A stretch of DNA of 64,000 nt from an uncultured Acidimicrobiales bacterium (GTDB lineage: Bacteria > Actinomycetota > Acidimicrobiia > Acidimicrobiales > RAAP-2), in assembly GCA_963699085.1 (NCBI GenBank), contig CAVOTH010000002.1, positions 55,106-119,105 on the forward strand. The letters run 5' to 3'. Under the pieces are notes generated by a model. It ran no database searches, was not told the DNA's origin, and saw only the letters and a program-made list of their open reading frames with translations. The position numbers and the translations under genes are program-made. The stretch's first letter is position 1. Each line of letters begins with the position of its first letter. Shown here one piece after another: positions 52,880-63,347 of the stretch.

Positions 52880-52961
52880 AGGGCGAGGCTAGCAACGCAG
52901 ACCGGTTGGCCGCCGTCGCCGGCGAGGAGCCCGTAGCGCCCCCGACGGACCGAGGAAGCGG

Positions 52962-53921
52962 TCAGCCCACCTTGAGCACGGCGGCGCCGTAGTTGGAGAC
53001 CGGCAGCCCCAGAATCGTGTCCTGGTAGCTCACCGCGACCTGTTGCTTGCCCTGCAATCCGGCCGGGACGGTGAATCCCCCGGAGAGCTTCGGCGGGGTG
53101 AGCACCGGCCGGTTGTACACGGCGGGACTCACGGTGATGTCATTGGCCGCCTTCACTGTCTTCTTGCCGTGGCTGAGGGTGACCTTCGTCACCGGCGGCA
53201 CCGGTGTTCCACCGCTGAGGAGTGCGGACAGCGACGCCAGGGTGGCGACCCACCAGTAGGTGGTCGCCCCTGATGCGTCGCTCACGCCTACTGTCTGGCC
53301 CGGCGTCGCCGTGGCCGTCGACAACACCATCGTGGGGTTGGGCGGGAACAGGGGATCTCCCTCGTAGGACACCAGGATGCTCCCGGCCGCCACCGGCGTG
53401 AAGCTGGTCAGGTCGATCATCGTCAGCCCGCATCCGATGAGGCCGGCGTTGACCTGGGAGGTCGTCGGTCCGCACACCGCGTTCGGGTCGGGAGCGTGCG
53501 ACTTGGGAAGTGTGTAGTTCATGGTGAGCCCGCCGGAGAGGTTTGACACCGGGAAGGTGAGCGCTTGGACATTGATCTCGGGGAGTGAATCCAGGAGGCT
53601 CAGCAGCCCGGAAACGGAGACGATCTGACCGGTGAGGAGCGGCTTGGCCGCGGGGTCGATGGCCAGGAGCAGGCTGGTCTCGAACACCAGGTAGGGGTGG
53701 AGTGGTTTGAGCCCCGAGCAGGCGATCGCCACCTTGTTCCCGTTGGCGGCACCGAGCAGGAGGGGAAAGCTCGATCCGTCGAAGGTGCAACTGGGCGCAG
53801 TCGTCGATGCTGCGGCTGCCGTAGTCGGCACAGCGGCTCCCGTAGCCACAGCCGCCACGGCCGTCGAACCGGTCAGCGCCACCATTGCCAGACATACCCT
53901 GCTCAAACGAGAAGTACGCAT
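52962..53921 (-). CDS. secreted hypothetical protein
   Basis: ATG 53921 is preceded by AAGGAG. Signal peptide MRTSRLSRVCLAMVALTGSTAVAAVATGAA. Two Cys pairs. I recognise no family. Confidence 0.7.
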   Translation of the reverse strand: MRTSRLSRVCLAMVALTGSTAVAAVATGAAVPTTAAAASTTAPSCTFDGSSFPLLLGAANGNKVAIACSGLKPLHPYLVFETSLLLAIDPAAKPLLTGQIVSVSGLLSLLDSLPEINVQALTFPVSNLSGGLTMNYTLPKSHAPDPNAVCGPTTSQVNAGLIGCGLTMIDLTSFTPVAAGSILVSYEGDPLFPPNPTMVLSTATATPGQTVGVSDASGATTYWWVATLASLSALLSGGTPVPPVTKVTLSHGKKTVKAANDITVSPAVYNRPVLTPPKLSGGFTVPAGLQGKQQVAVSYQDTILGLPVSNYGAAVLKVG

Positions 53922-54154
53922 CGTGCTCCTTTTCGGTATCCCACCCATGTAGGCCCACACTCACCGGACGGTGCGCGTGGGTGCCGCAGGACCGATGACC
54001 TCGAATGGGCGCCAGGCTCTCACATGACAGACAGCTGCGCTCCGCCCGATGGACCGACCCGTTCTGCGACTCACCTCCGCTACCTACCCGAGTCGGTACC
54101 GGATATGCACAGGAAATTCAGAGAACGTTGTGGAACCACTCTCCGTGAGAACGC

Positions 54155-54565
54155 TCAGTCGAGCGCTCGGGCCAGCAGTTCCTGGAGCTCGACCCGCTGT
54201 TCACGGGTGAGCAGGGCCAGGACGTCATCTTCGACGCTCTCGATCCCCTTTTCCGCGTTGTCGAACGCACGCAGGCCCTCTTCGGTGATCTCGACCAGGT
54301 GCCGGCGGCGATCGGTGGGATCACGACGACGGAGGGCGAACTCCTTCGTCTCGAGCTCATTGAGCAGCAGCACCAGATTGTTGGCATCGATGCACAACAT
54401 CTCGCTGAGCTCCTGCTGGGGCATGGGGCTGTGGTCACGCAGGGTGGCCAGCGTGGCGAACTCCTTGATGCGCATGCCCAGCATCTCATCCGACGTGCGC
54501 CGGTAGATGAGCCGCGACAGCCTGGTGGCCAGGACCGTCACGCCAGGTGTCAGGTTCTTCGACAT
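54155..54565 (-). CDS. MarR family transcriptional regulator
   Basis: FATLATLRDHSPMPQQELSEMLCIDANNLVLLLNELETKEFALRRRDPTDRRRHLVEIT. ATG 54565 is preferred over the listed 54622. Confidence 0.9.
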   Translation of the reverse strand: MSKNLTPGVTVLATRLSRLIYRRTSDEMLGMRIKEFATLATLRDHSPMPQQELSEMLCIDANNLVLLLNELETKEFALRRRDPTDRRRHLVEITEEGLRAFDNAEKGIESVEDDVLALLTREQRVELQELLARALD

Positions 54566-54601
54566 CGGGCGCAGTATACCCCGATCGTCACGATGGCGGC
54601 G

Positions 54602-54647
54602 ATTACCATGGTAACTTGACACTCACTAGTTCAATGACTATCTATAG
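54602..54647. promoter_or_regulatory. divergent MarR/MFS control region: perfect palindrome, consensus -35, second inverted repeat over the -10 region
   Basis: TTACCATGGTAA (54602-54613). TTGACA (54615-54620). With a 17-nt spacer, TATCTA (54638-54643). ACTAT-CT-ATAGT (54636-54647). Confidence 0.5.
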
Positions 54648-54686
54648 TTAGGGAACCTGCACCCCCCAGACACCGAGGAATCACCA

Positions 54687-56183
54687 ATGCCTTCATCACT
54701 TCGCGGCGTAGTCCATGAGCAACGCCGCTGGGTAGCCCTGATCGTCGTCTGCTTCGCGATGTTGATGAACACGCTCGACCAGACCATCGTCAATGTGGCG
54801 CTGCCCACCATCCAGCGCGACCTGCACTTCACCCAGGCCTCACTGGCCTGGGTGATCGACGCCTACCTGATCACCTTCGCCGGGGCGCTCCTGCTGGCCG
54901 GCCGGCTCGGGGACCTCATCGGCCGGAAGAAGGTCTTCCTGTGCGGTGTGATGCTGTTCACCGTCGCCTCGGCCGCCTGTGGCGCCGCCGACACCCAGGC
55001 CCTTCTCATCGGGGCCAGGTTCGCCCAGGGGCTGGGGGCCGCACTGTCCTCGTCGGTCATCCTCGCCATCATCATCGCTGACTTCCCCGTGCCCGCCGAG
55101 CGGGCCCGGGCCATGAGCTCCTACATCATCGTGGCTGTCGGCGGCGGATCGCTGGGCCTACTGGTGGGTGGGTACGTGACCCAGGCGCTCAGCTGGCACT
55201 GGATCTTCTTCATCAACATCCCCATCGGCATCGCCACCTGCATCGTCGGGGTGTTCCTCATCGACGAAAACATCGGGTCCGGCATACGGGCGGGACTGGA
55301 CATCGGTGGTGCCGTGCTGAGCACGGCCGGACTGATGTTGGCCGTCTACGCCATCGTCAGCTCGAGCCAGTACGGCTGGCAGTCGTCCCACACCCTGGAG
55401 TTCGGTGCGGCGGCGATCATCATGCTGGCCGCGTTCGTCGTGCTCGAGAGTCGGCTACGGCAGCCGATGATGCCGATGCGGGTGTTGCGATCGCCGGGCC
55501 TGCTGGGCTCGAGCCTGGTCAGAGGACTGATGGTGGTGGGGATGTACAGCACCTTCTTCATCGGGGTCCTCTACTTCCAGCACATACTGGGCTTCAGCCC
55601 GGTACTCACCGGTCTGGCCTTCCTGCCCCAGACGCTCTCGGTGGCCGTCATGTCCTCGGGGGTCACCGCCCGCATCATGCGCCGTTTCGGACCCCGGTCG
55701 ACGGCGATCGGAGGCCTGGTCGTCGTCGCCGTAGGACTCACCCTGATGGTCAGTTCCGGCACCGACACGGCCTATTTCCCGCAGATCTTCGCCGCCGTGC
55801 TGCTGATCGGCATGGGGGCCGCCGCCGCCTTCACCCCCCTGTTGACCATCGCCCTGGCCCATGTACCGGCCAAGGACGCGGGCATCGGGTCGGGCATCGT
55901 CAACGTGTCCCAGCAGGTGTCGGGCGCGCTGTCGGTCGCCGTCCTCGGAGCGGTGTCGGCCAGTCACACCAATTCACTGCTGGCCTCGGGGAGTTCGGCC
56001 ATCGACGCTCTGGACGGCGGATACCACCTGGCCTTCATCGTGGCCCTTTCCGCCGTCCTGGTGGCGATCGTCCTCAGCCTGGTCATCCTCAAGCGACCCG
56101 ACGCCTCCCCGGATACCCCGTTGGTCGCCGTCGACGAGTCCTTCGAGGCCGAGTCGGAAACGATGATCGCCGAGATCATGTGA
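54687..56183 (+). CDS. MFS transporter, DHA2 (EmrB/QacA) family
   Basis: LDQTIVNVALPTIQRDLHFT and GRLGDLIGRKK with 14 TM-like segments. GAGGAA lies upstream of the ATG. Confidence 0.9.
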   Translation: MPSSLRGVVHEQRRWVALIVVCFAMLMNTLDQTIVNVALPTIQRDLHFTQASLAWVIDAYLITFAGALLLAGRLGDLIGRKKVFLCGVMLFTVASAACGAADTQALLIGARFAQGLGAALSSSVILAIIIADFPVPAERARAMSSYIIVAVGGGSLGLLVGGYVTQALSWHWIFFINIPIGIATCIVGVFLIDENIGSGIRAGLDIGGAVLSTAGLMLAVYAIVSSSQYGWQSSHTLEFGAAAIIMLAAFVVLESRLRQPMMPMRVLRSPGLLGSSLVRGLMVVGMYSTFFIGVLYFQHILGFSPVLTGLAFLPQTLSVAVMSSGVTARIMRRFGPRSTAIGGLVVVAVGLTLMVSSGTDTAYFPQIFAAVLLIGMGAAAAFTPLLTIALAHVPAKDAGIGSGIVNVSQQVSGALSVAVLGAVSASHTNSLLASGSSAIDALDGGYHLAFIVALSAVLVAIVLSLVILKRPDASPDTPLVAVDESFEAESETMIAEIM

Positions 56184-56253
56184 GCTCCCGCCCTGCGGGC
56201 CGCGAACGTAAGCGTCGATACAATCTGACGCCCGCTTCGATCCTGGAGAGCAC

Positions 56254-57057
56254 GTGACCGACATCTCCCCCGAACTCATCTCTGTGCCAGGTCGGTTCGG
56301 GGTGATCGCCCGGTTCGACGACGGCGAGCTCCGACTCGATCTCGTCCCGACACCCGAGACGCTCCACCTCGGAGTGGTGCGGGCCAGTGTCCTGTCCTTC
56401 GTGATCGACGCGGTGGCCGGGATCACCCTGGATCAGGACCCTTCGATGTGGATGTTCACCTCGGACATGACGGTCCGGATGCGCACCACGCCGGCACCCA
56501 CCCGGATCGAGGCGGTCAACACCATCGTCCGACGGGGCAAGCGATCGGCTACGTGCCAGGTCGAGCTGACCGCTGACGACGGAAGGCCGATCGCCACCGG
56601 TGCCATCGGTTTCATCAGCGTGACCCGCAAGGAGAGCGATCCTCCGAAGATCCTCCTGCGACCAGAACAGACCCCCAACCTCTTCATCGGGGCCGGCAGA
56701 CTGGCCCGGCCGCTGCGTGAGGAGGCCGGCATCGAGGTGATCGACGCGGTCGAAGGGGTCGTCCAGGTCGACGTGACCCCGGCACTCCAGAATCCGGCAG
56801 GGACGTTGCAGGGGGCGATGGTGGCCCTCATCGCCGAAGCGGCGGCGGAGGATCTGGTGACCGCCCGCTTCGGGCAGCCCGGGATCGTGGTCGACCTCGA
56901 TATACGGTATCTGGGCAAGTCCACGGTCGGGCCGGTGCGCACGAGATGCCGACTCCTGGGTGACGGTCCTGACGCACCGGTCGAGGTCGGGCTGGTCGAC
57001 CTGTCCACGGACACGCTCATCACACTGGTCTACGCCCGGGTGGCTGTCGTCCCCTGA
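56254..57057 (+). CDS. double hotdog-fold (PaaI-like) thioesterase
   Basis: GTG start. Two hotdog halves (LHLGVVRASVLSFVIDAVAG...RGKRSATCQVEL and GTLQGAMVALIAEAAAEDLV...VRTRCRLLG). Confidence 0.8.
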   Translation: MTDISPELISVPGRFGVIARFDDGELRLDLVPTPETLHLGVVRASVLSFVIDAVAGITLDQDPSMWMFTSDMTVRMRTTPAPTRIEAVNTIVRRGKRSATCQVELTADDGRPIATGAIGFISVTRKESDPPKILLRPEQTPNLFIGAGRLARPLREEAGIEVIDAVEGVVQVDVTPALQNPAGTLQGAMVALIAEAAAEDLVTARFGQPGIVVDLDIRYLGKSTVGPVRTRCRLLGDGPDAPVEVGLVDLSTDTLITLVYARVAVVP

Positions 57058-57173
57058 GAAGTGGCTGGTCGGCTACTTGCCGTTCGCGACGGCGGTCATG
57101 TGATCGACGAGCAGACGGCCCGGAGTGACCGGTCCGACCCGGAACGTCGGCGACGTAGGACTAACTTGATGCA

Positions 57174-58605
57174 ATGGCCACCTCCGCCGAAGTCCACGCC
57201 ACCCTCGACCATCCGGTCATCGACAGCGACGGTCACATGGCGGAGCATCTGCCGACACTCGCTCCCTACCTCGAGCAGGAGGGGATCTCGCTCGAGCACC
57301 CGGGGTTGAGGAGGCTGATCCCGACCTATGGGGGGATCGACCTCCCCTGGCACGACCAGACGCCCGCACAGCGCACGGCCAACCGGACACCGAGGGGCCC
57401 ATGGTGGAGCGCCCCGTCCAAACAGACCATCGACCTGGCCACCGCGCCTCTTCCCCGCCCTCCTCTACGAACGCCTCGACGAGATCGGCATCGACTTCGG
57501 GGTGGTCTACCCCAGTCTCGGCCTGGTCTTCCTCCATGCCGCCGAAGACGGGTTCCGCCGGGGGGCGTGCCGGGCTCTCAACCGGTGCAACGCCGAGACG
57601 TTCGCACCTCTCGCCGACCGGCTCACCCCGGTGGCCGCCATTCCCATGCACACACCGGAGGAGGCTGTGGCGGAGTTGGACTACGCCGTGGGCCAGCTCG
57701 GGTTCAAAGCAGTACTTTGCGCCGGGTACGTGCAGCGCCCATTCGAGGCGCTGGCCGGCGCCGACCCCGAGATCTCCCGCTATGCGTACTGGCTCGACCA
57801 GTTCGGCCTCGACTCGGCCTACGACTACGACCCGGTGTGGGCCCGGGCCCAGGAACTCGGGGTGTCGATCGCCTTCCACTCCGGCTTCATCGGCATGACC
57901 CCCTACCGGTCGCCCACCAGCTATGTGTCCAACCACCTGTCGATGTTGGCCGAGGGCCAGCAGGCACTGGCCAAATCGCTCTTCCTCGGTGGGGTGACCC
58001 GGCGGTTCCCGGCCATGAACTTCGCCTTCCTGGAAGGAGGTGTCGCCTGGGCGGCAGCCCTCTACAGCGACATCGTCGGCCACTGGGAGAAGCGCAACCT
58101 GGCCGCCCTGCGGGCCCATCTGGACCCGGCCCTGATCGACCGCGACCTCATCCTCGAGATGTTCGGCCGCTACGCCCCCGACGCCCGTCGACTCCCGTCG
58201 GCCCTGACCCGTCGACCGACCGAGCCCGAGGACATGCTCGACGAGTGGGCGCCGTGCGAGATCGAGCGGGCCGAGGACATCAGAGGCCTGTTCGCCGAGC
58301 GCTTCTGGTTCGGGTGCGAAGCCGACGACCCGATGACGTCGCTGGCCTTCAATACGTCGGTCAACCCGTTCGGCTCCGAGCTGCAGGTGATGCTGGGGTC
58401 CGATATCGCCCACTGGGACCTGCCCGACGTGTCCGAGGTGCTGGAGGAGGCCCACGAGATGGTCGACAACGGATGGATCGACCAGTCCGCCTTCCGGGAC
58501 TTCGTGTTCACCAATCCGGCCCGGTTCTATACCGGCACCAATCCCGGCTTCTTCAAGGGGACGGTGGTCGAGTCGGCCATCGACGACCTGCTGGCGGGGG
58601 GCTGA
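57174..58605 (+). pseudogene. amidohydrolase-2 family metal-dependent hydrolase, frameshifted
   Basis: The N-terminal HPVIDSDGHMAEHLPTLAPYLE...SKQTIDLATA (frame 0) continues as (R)LFPALLYERLDEIGIDFGVVYPS...SIAFHSGF...GSDIAHWD (frame 1, ORF 57328..58605). The junction is at GCGCC 57444-57449. Confidence 0.8.
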
Positions 58606-58606
58606 C

Positions 58607-60319
58607 GTGCACGACCTGGTGATCCGGGGTGGACGCGTCGTCGACGGCACCGGCGGTCCGTCGGCGGTGGCCGACGTGGCCGTCGACGATGGCCGGGTGG
58701 TCGCCGTCGGCACCGTGGCTGACTCCGGCCGGCGCGAGATCGACGCCGTCGGCAAGGTGGTCTGCCCCGGATTCGTCGACATCCACACGCACTACGACGC
58801 CCAGCTCCTGTGGGACCCCACGGCCAGCCCCTCGGTCCAGCACGGGGTGACCACCGTCATCGGCGGCAACTGCGGGTTCTCCATCGCACCCCTCGGTCCT
58901 GGTGACGACGACTACATCCAGGCGATGATGGCGGTAGTCGAAGGGATCCCCCGCGAGGCCCTGGTCGGCGGTGGGCCCTGGTCGTGGAGGACGTTCGGCG
59001 ACTACCTCGACCGGGTCGACGTAGGCCTGTCGGTCAACGCCGGCTTCCTGGTCGGCCACTCGACCGTGCGCCGCGTGGTGATGGGCGACCGGGCCACCTG
59101 GGACGAGGCCACGCCCGAGCAGATCGTCGCCATGGCCGATCTGGTCGAGGAGTCGCTCGACGGCGGTGCCCTCGGGCTGTCGTCATCGCTCGGGGAGGGC
59201 CACCTGGACGGGGACCACCGCCCGGTCCCCTCCAGCAGTGCCTCCTTCCCCGAGTTCGTGGCGCTGGCCGGCTCGTTGCGCGGACACCAGGGGACGACCC
59301 TCGAGTTCATCCCGACCATCGGCCCCATCCCCGACGACCGGGTGGAACTGATGGCCGACATGTCATTGGCCGCCGACCGCCCGCTCAACTGGAACCTGTT
59401 GGGGAGCCTGGCCAGTGAGGAGATCTGGGAGCAGCAGCTGCGGGCGTCCGACGTGGCTGCGGCCAAGGGCGCCCACGTGGTGGCCCTGGCACTGCCCGAC
59501 ATGATGCGCATGCGGTCGAACACCCTGCTGCCCGGCCTGCCGGGCTGGCGGGAGGTGGTGGCACTGGACGCCGCCGGCCGCCGGGCCGCCGCCGCCGACC
59601 CGGGCACCCGGGCCGAGCTACGGGCCGGCGCCGAAAAGGTGGCCAGCCGGGCCATCGGCGTGCTGACTGATTTCACCATGATGGAGGTGGCCGACCCCGA
59701 CTCCGAGTGGGTGGGACGGTCGCTGGGCGACATCGCCATCGACCGGGGCACCGACGTGATCGACGTCCTCATCGATGTGGTCCTGCCCGATGATCTGACG
59801 CTGTACGTCGTGCTCCCGTCGTTGACGCCCAGCCTGGGTCGCAGCGACGAGGGGTGGGCGGCCCGGGTGGCGGTATGGAAGGACCCCCGGGTCATGCTCG
59901 GGGGCTCGGACGCCGGCGCCCACCTGGACCTGATGTGCCACGCCAACTACCCGACCCGGGTGCTGGGCGAGGTCGTCCGGGATCGGGGCCTGCTCACCGT
60001 GGAGGAGGCGGTCGAGATGATGACCGACCGACCGGCCCGCCATTACGGCCTCACCGAGCGGGGTCGGATCGAGCCGGGCTGGCACGCCGACGTGGTGGTG
60101 TTCGACCCGTCGACGGTGGCCAGCGGTCCGGCCGAGCTGGTGGAGGACCTGCCCGGAGGCGGTGGCCGCCTGGTGGCCGGCTCGCTGGGCGTCGAACACG
60201 TGCTGGTGGCCGGCGTCGAGGTGGTGACCGACGGCACCGCCACCGACGCCCGTCCCGGCCGGGTGCTGCGGTCGGGCGTGGACACCGCCACGGTGTCACT
60301 GGCCGACGTCAGGCGGTAG
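58607..60319 (+). CDS. N-acyl-D-amino-acid deacylase (D-aminoacylase) family amidohydrolase
   Basis: The GTG start is 1 nt after the upstream stop. DLVIRGGRVVDGTG...VVCPGFVDIHTHYDAQLLWDP...VTTVIGGNCGFS. Confidence 0.85.
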   Translation: MHDLVIRGGRVVDGTGGPSAVADVAVDDGRVVAVGTVADSGRREIDAVGKVVCPGFVDIHTHYDAQLLWDPTASPSVQHGVTTVIGGNCGFSIAPLGPGDDDYIQAMMAVVEGIPREALVGGGPWSWRTFGDYLDRVDVGLSVNAGFLVGHSTVRRVVMGDRATWDEATPEQIVAMADLVEESLDGGALGLSSSLGEGHLDGDHRPVPSSSASFPEFVALAGSLRGHQGTTLEFIPTIGPIPDDRVELMADMSLAADRPLNWNLLGSLASEEIWEQQLRASDVAAAKGAHVVALALPDMMRMRSNTLLPGLPGWREVVALDAAGRRAAAADPGTRAELRAGAEKVASRAIGVLTDFTMMEVADPDSEWVGRSLGDIAIDRGTDVIDVLIDVVLPDDLTLYVVLPSLTPSLGRSDEGWAARVAVWKDPRVMLGGSDAGAHLDLMCHANYPTRVLGEVVRDRGLLTVEEAVEMMTDRPARHYGLTERGRIEPGWHADVVVFDPSTVASGPAELVEDLPGGGGRLVAGSLGVEHVLVAGVEVVTDGTATDARPGRVLRSGVDTATVSLADVRR

Positions 60320-61016
60320 CCGCCCCGTCGATGACCAGGGAGGTGCCGCTGACGGTCCGGGCGTCGTCCGAGGCCAGGTAGGCGACGGCGCCGGCCACCT
60401 CGGCGGCGTCGATGACCCGCCCCATGGGCGAGGCGGCCCGGGCGAACAACGACAGGTCGGCGCCTTCGGGAATCTGGAAGTTCCGGAGGAACGGCGTGTC
60501 GACCGACGCCGGGCACACGACGTTGACCCGGACTCCGGACTTGGCCAGCTCGATGGCCATCGACTTGGTGAGCATCACCACGCCACCCTTGGAGGCGCAG
60601 TAGGCGGCGTTGTAGGGGGTGGCCCGCAGGCCGGCCACCGATCCCATGTTGACGATGCACCCGGTCGACTCGACCAGGGCGGGCACCGCCGCCTGGGACA
60701 GCAGGAACGTCCCGGTGAGGTTGACCTCGATGACCCGTCGCCACTGGTCGGGGTCGACGTCGGTGATGGCGGCGGCCGAGCCGATCCCGGCCACATTGGC
60801 CAGGATGTCGAGGCGGCCGAGGGTGTCGGTGGCGTGGGCGACGGCCGCCGCGCACGAGGCGGCGTCGGTCACGTCGCAGTGGATGCCTCCGCTGATCTCG
60901 TTGATGTCGGCGCGCACCACCCGGGCGCCCTCTTCGGACAGTCGGTCAGCGACCGCCGCCCCGATCCCGCTCGCCGCCCCTGATACCAGTGCCACCCGAC
61001 CGGTGAATCGACCCAT
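60309..61016 (-). CDS. SDR family oxidoreductase
   Basis: MGRFTGRVALVSGAASGIGAA and YCASKGG (YxxxK). The listed ORF extends to 61340 with an implausible N-terminus. The 3' end overlaps the convergent gene by 11 nt. Confidence 0.85.
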   Translation of the reverse strand: MGRFTGRVALVSGAASGIGAAVADRLSEEGARVVRADINEISGGIHCDVTDAASCAAAVAHATDTLGRLDILANVAGIGSAAAITDVDPDQWRRVIEVNLTGTFLLSQAAVPALVESTGCIVNMGSVAGLRATPYNAAYCASKGGVVMLTKSMAIELAKSGVRVNVVCPASVDTPFLRNFQIPEGADLSLFARAASPMGRVIDAAEVAGAVAYLASDDARTVSGTSLVIDGAATA

Positions 61017-61062
61017 GCCGGAAACGTACCCGCTCCGGTCGACACCGGTACTGTTGCCCGCC

Positions 61063-61821
61063 ATGGGCGCACTCGAGGGGAAGGTCGCGTTGGTCACCGG
61101 GGCGGCCATGGGGATCGGCCGCTCGGCGGCACAGATCTTCGCCCGGGAAGGTGCGGCGGTGGTGGTGGCGGACATCGATGAGGCCGGAGGCCATGCCACC
61201 GTCGCCCTGGTCGAGGAAGCGGGCGGCCGGGCGGCCTTCATCCACACCGACGTCAGCGTGCAGACGCAGGTCGAGTCGATGGTGGCGTTCGCGGTGGACA
61301 CCTTCGGTGGGCTCGACTGCGCCCACAACAACGCCGGCATCGCCGCCCCGATGGCCCCGCTGGCCGACTACCCGGACGACGGCTGGGCCCGGACGATCGA
61401 CGTCATGCTCAACGGCGTCTACTACTGCATGAAGGCCGAGATCCCCCGCATGCTCGAGCGGGGCGGAGGAGCCATCGTCAACACGGCGTCGGGCGTCGGC
61501 CTTGTTGCCTATCCCCACCAGGCCGCCTACACCGCCTCCAAGCACGGTGTCATCGGGCTGACCAAGGTGGCGGCCCTCGACTACGGGGCCTTCGGCATCC
61601 GGGTCAATGCCGTCTGCCCCGGTACCGCCCGCACGCCGATGGTCGACGAAGCCATCCGCATCCAGCCCTCGATCGACGAGCACCTGAAGAAGCTGCACCC
61701 CATCGGCCGTATCGGCGAGGCGTCGGAGATCGCCGAGGCCGCCGTCTGGCTCTGTACCCCGGCGGCGTCGTTCGTGCTCGGGGTGGCGCTGCCGGTCGAC
61801 GGAGGATACGTCGTCCCGTGA
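61063..61821 (+). CDS. SDR family oxidoreductase
   Basis: GKVALVTGAAMGIGRS, NNAG, YTASKHG and PIGRIGEASEIA. ATG 61063 lies 46 bp from the divergent SDR start. Confidence 0.9.
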   Translation: MGALEGKVALVTGAAMGIGRSAAQIFAREGAAVVVADIDEAGGHATVALVEEAGGRAAFIHTDVSVQTQVESMVAFAVDTFGGLDCAHNNAGIAAPMAPLADYPDDGWARTIDVMLNGVYYCMKAEIPRMLERGGGAIVNTASGVGLVAYPHQAAYTASKHGVIGLTKVAALDYGAFGIRVNAVCPGTARTPMVDEAIRIQPSIDEHLKKLHPIGRIGEASEIAEAAVWLCTPAASFVLGVALPVDGGYVVP

Positions 61822-63347
61822 GGGAGACGACGGCATCGGCCACGGTGCGGCGCCTGGCCGACCAGGGCCATCTGATCGGTGACACGTGGCGGCCGAGTGC
61901 CGCCGACGGCGTCTTCGCCCACCGGTATGCAGCCACCGGTGCGGTACAGGCGGACGTGGGACTGGCCGGCGCCGCGGACGTCGACGTGGCAGTAGCGGCG
62001 GCCCGGGCCGCGCAGCCGGCGTGGGCGGCACTGGGGGTGGAGGCCCGCGGCGCGTTGCTGTCGGGCTTCGCCGATCTCCTCGACGCCCATCGTGAAGAGG
62101 CGTCGGAGCTGGCCGCCCTGGACAACGGCACCCCGGTGTCCATCCTGCGACCCGGTCGCTACACGGCGGCGTGGGTCCGGTTCTACGCCGAACTGGCTCC
62201 CACCGTGGCCGATGAACAGCTGCAGGTGTCGCGGGGCACGGCGACGGTGCGCCTGGTGCCCTACGGGGTGATCGGGGTGATCCCCCCGTGGAACGGGTCG
62301 ATGATGGGCATGGGCCAGAAGTGCGGGCCGGCCCTGGCCGCAGGCAACACGGTGGTGGCCAAGCCACCCGAGTTGGCGCCCTTCGGCGTGCTCCGCTTCG
62401 GCGAGCTCGCACTCGAGGCCGGGATCCCCCCGGGGGTGGTCAACATCGTGGTCGGAGGAGGTGCCGCCGGGGCGGCCCTGGCCGGTCACCCCGGCATCGA
62501 CAAAGTCACCTTCACCGGAGGAGCGCCCACGGCCCGGGAGGTGATGGCGGCAGCCGCAGCCAACCTGACCCCCCTCGCCCTCGAGCTCGGCGGCAAGTCC
62601 CCCAACATCGTGTTTGCCGATGCCGACCTGGACACCGCGGCCACGGTGGCCGCACTGGCGGGGACGGCCCTCCTGTCGGGCCAGGGTTGTGCCCTCCCCA
62701 CCCGCACCTATGTGCACGGGGACGTCTACGACCAGTTGGTGGAGCGGGTCGTGGCCACGCTGGCCACCCTGCCGGTGGGCGACCCGCTCGACCCGGCCAC
62801 GTTCGTCGGACCGGTGGTCACCGAGTCGGCCATGGATCGGATCCTCGGCGTCATCGACCGGGCCACCGGTGACGGTGCCACCCTGCTGGCCGGCGGAGGG
62901 CGGATGGACGGGGACCTGGCCGACGGATGGTTCGTCGCCCCCACCGTCTTCGGCGATGTCGACCACGACAGTGACCTGGCCCGGAACGAGGTGTTCGGCC
63001 CGGTGCATGCCATCCTCCGGTTCGAAACTGAAGAGGAGGTCCTGGCCAAGGCCAATGACAGCCCGTACGGCCTGGCCGCCTACGTGCACTCGGCCGACAC
63101 GGACCGACTGGCCCGGTGCGTCGACGGGCTGCAGACCGGGGTGATCATGACCAACGGTCTGGGCGACCTGTCGCCGGCCACGCCCTTCGGGGGATTCCGC
63201 CAGAGCGGCTTCGGGCGCGAGGGCGGGCGGGCCGGCTACGAGGAGATGGTCCAGCGCACCACGGTGTTGGACGCTTCCCCAGCGGCGCCTCCCGGCCACC
63301 GGAGCGAATCCAGCGATCACAATGATGGGGAACAGGGAGCAACATGA
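61818..63347 (+). CDS. aldehyde dehydrogenase family protein
   Basis: GTGA start/stop overlap. VIPPWNGS, KPPELAPF, LELGGKSPNIVF and a GQGC catalytic Cys context. Confidence 0.9.
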   Translation: MRETTASATVRRLADQGHLIGDTWRPSAADGVFAHRYAATGAVQADVGLAGAADVDVAVAAARAAQPAWAALGVEARGALLSGFADLLDAHREEASELAALDNGTPVSILRPGRYTAAWVRFYAELAPTVADEQLQVSRGTATVRLVPYGVIGVIPPWNGSMMGMGQKCGPALAAGNTVVAKPPELAPFGVLRFGELALEAGIPPGVVNIVVGGGAAGAALAGHPGIDKVTFTGGAPTAREVMAAAAANLTPLALELGGKSPNIVFADADLDTAATVAALAGTALLSGQGCALPTRTYVHGDVYDQLVERVVATLATLPVGDPLDPATFVGPVVTESAMDRILGVIDRATGDGATLLAGGGRMDGDLADGWFVAPTVFGDVDHDSDLARNEVFGPVHAILRFETEEEVLAKANDSPYGLAAYVHSADTDRLARCVDGLQTGVIMTNGLGDLSPATPFGGFRQSGFGREGGRAGYEEMVQRTTVLDASPAAPPGHRSESSDHNDGEQGAT

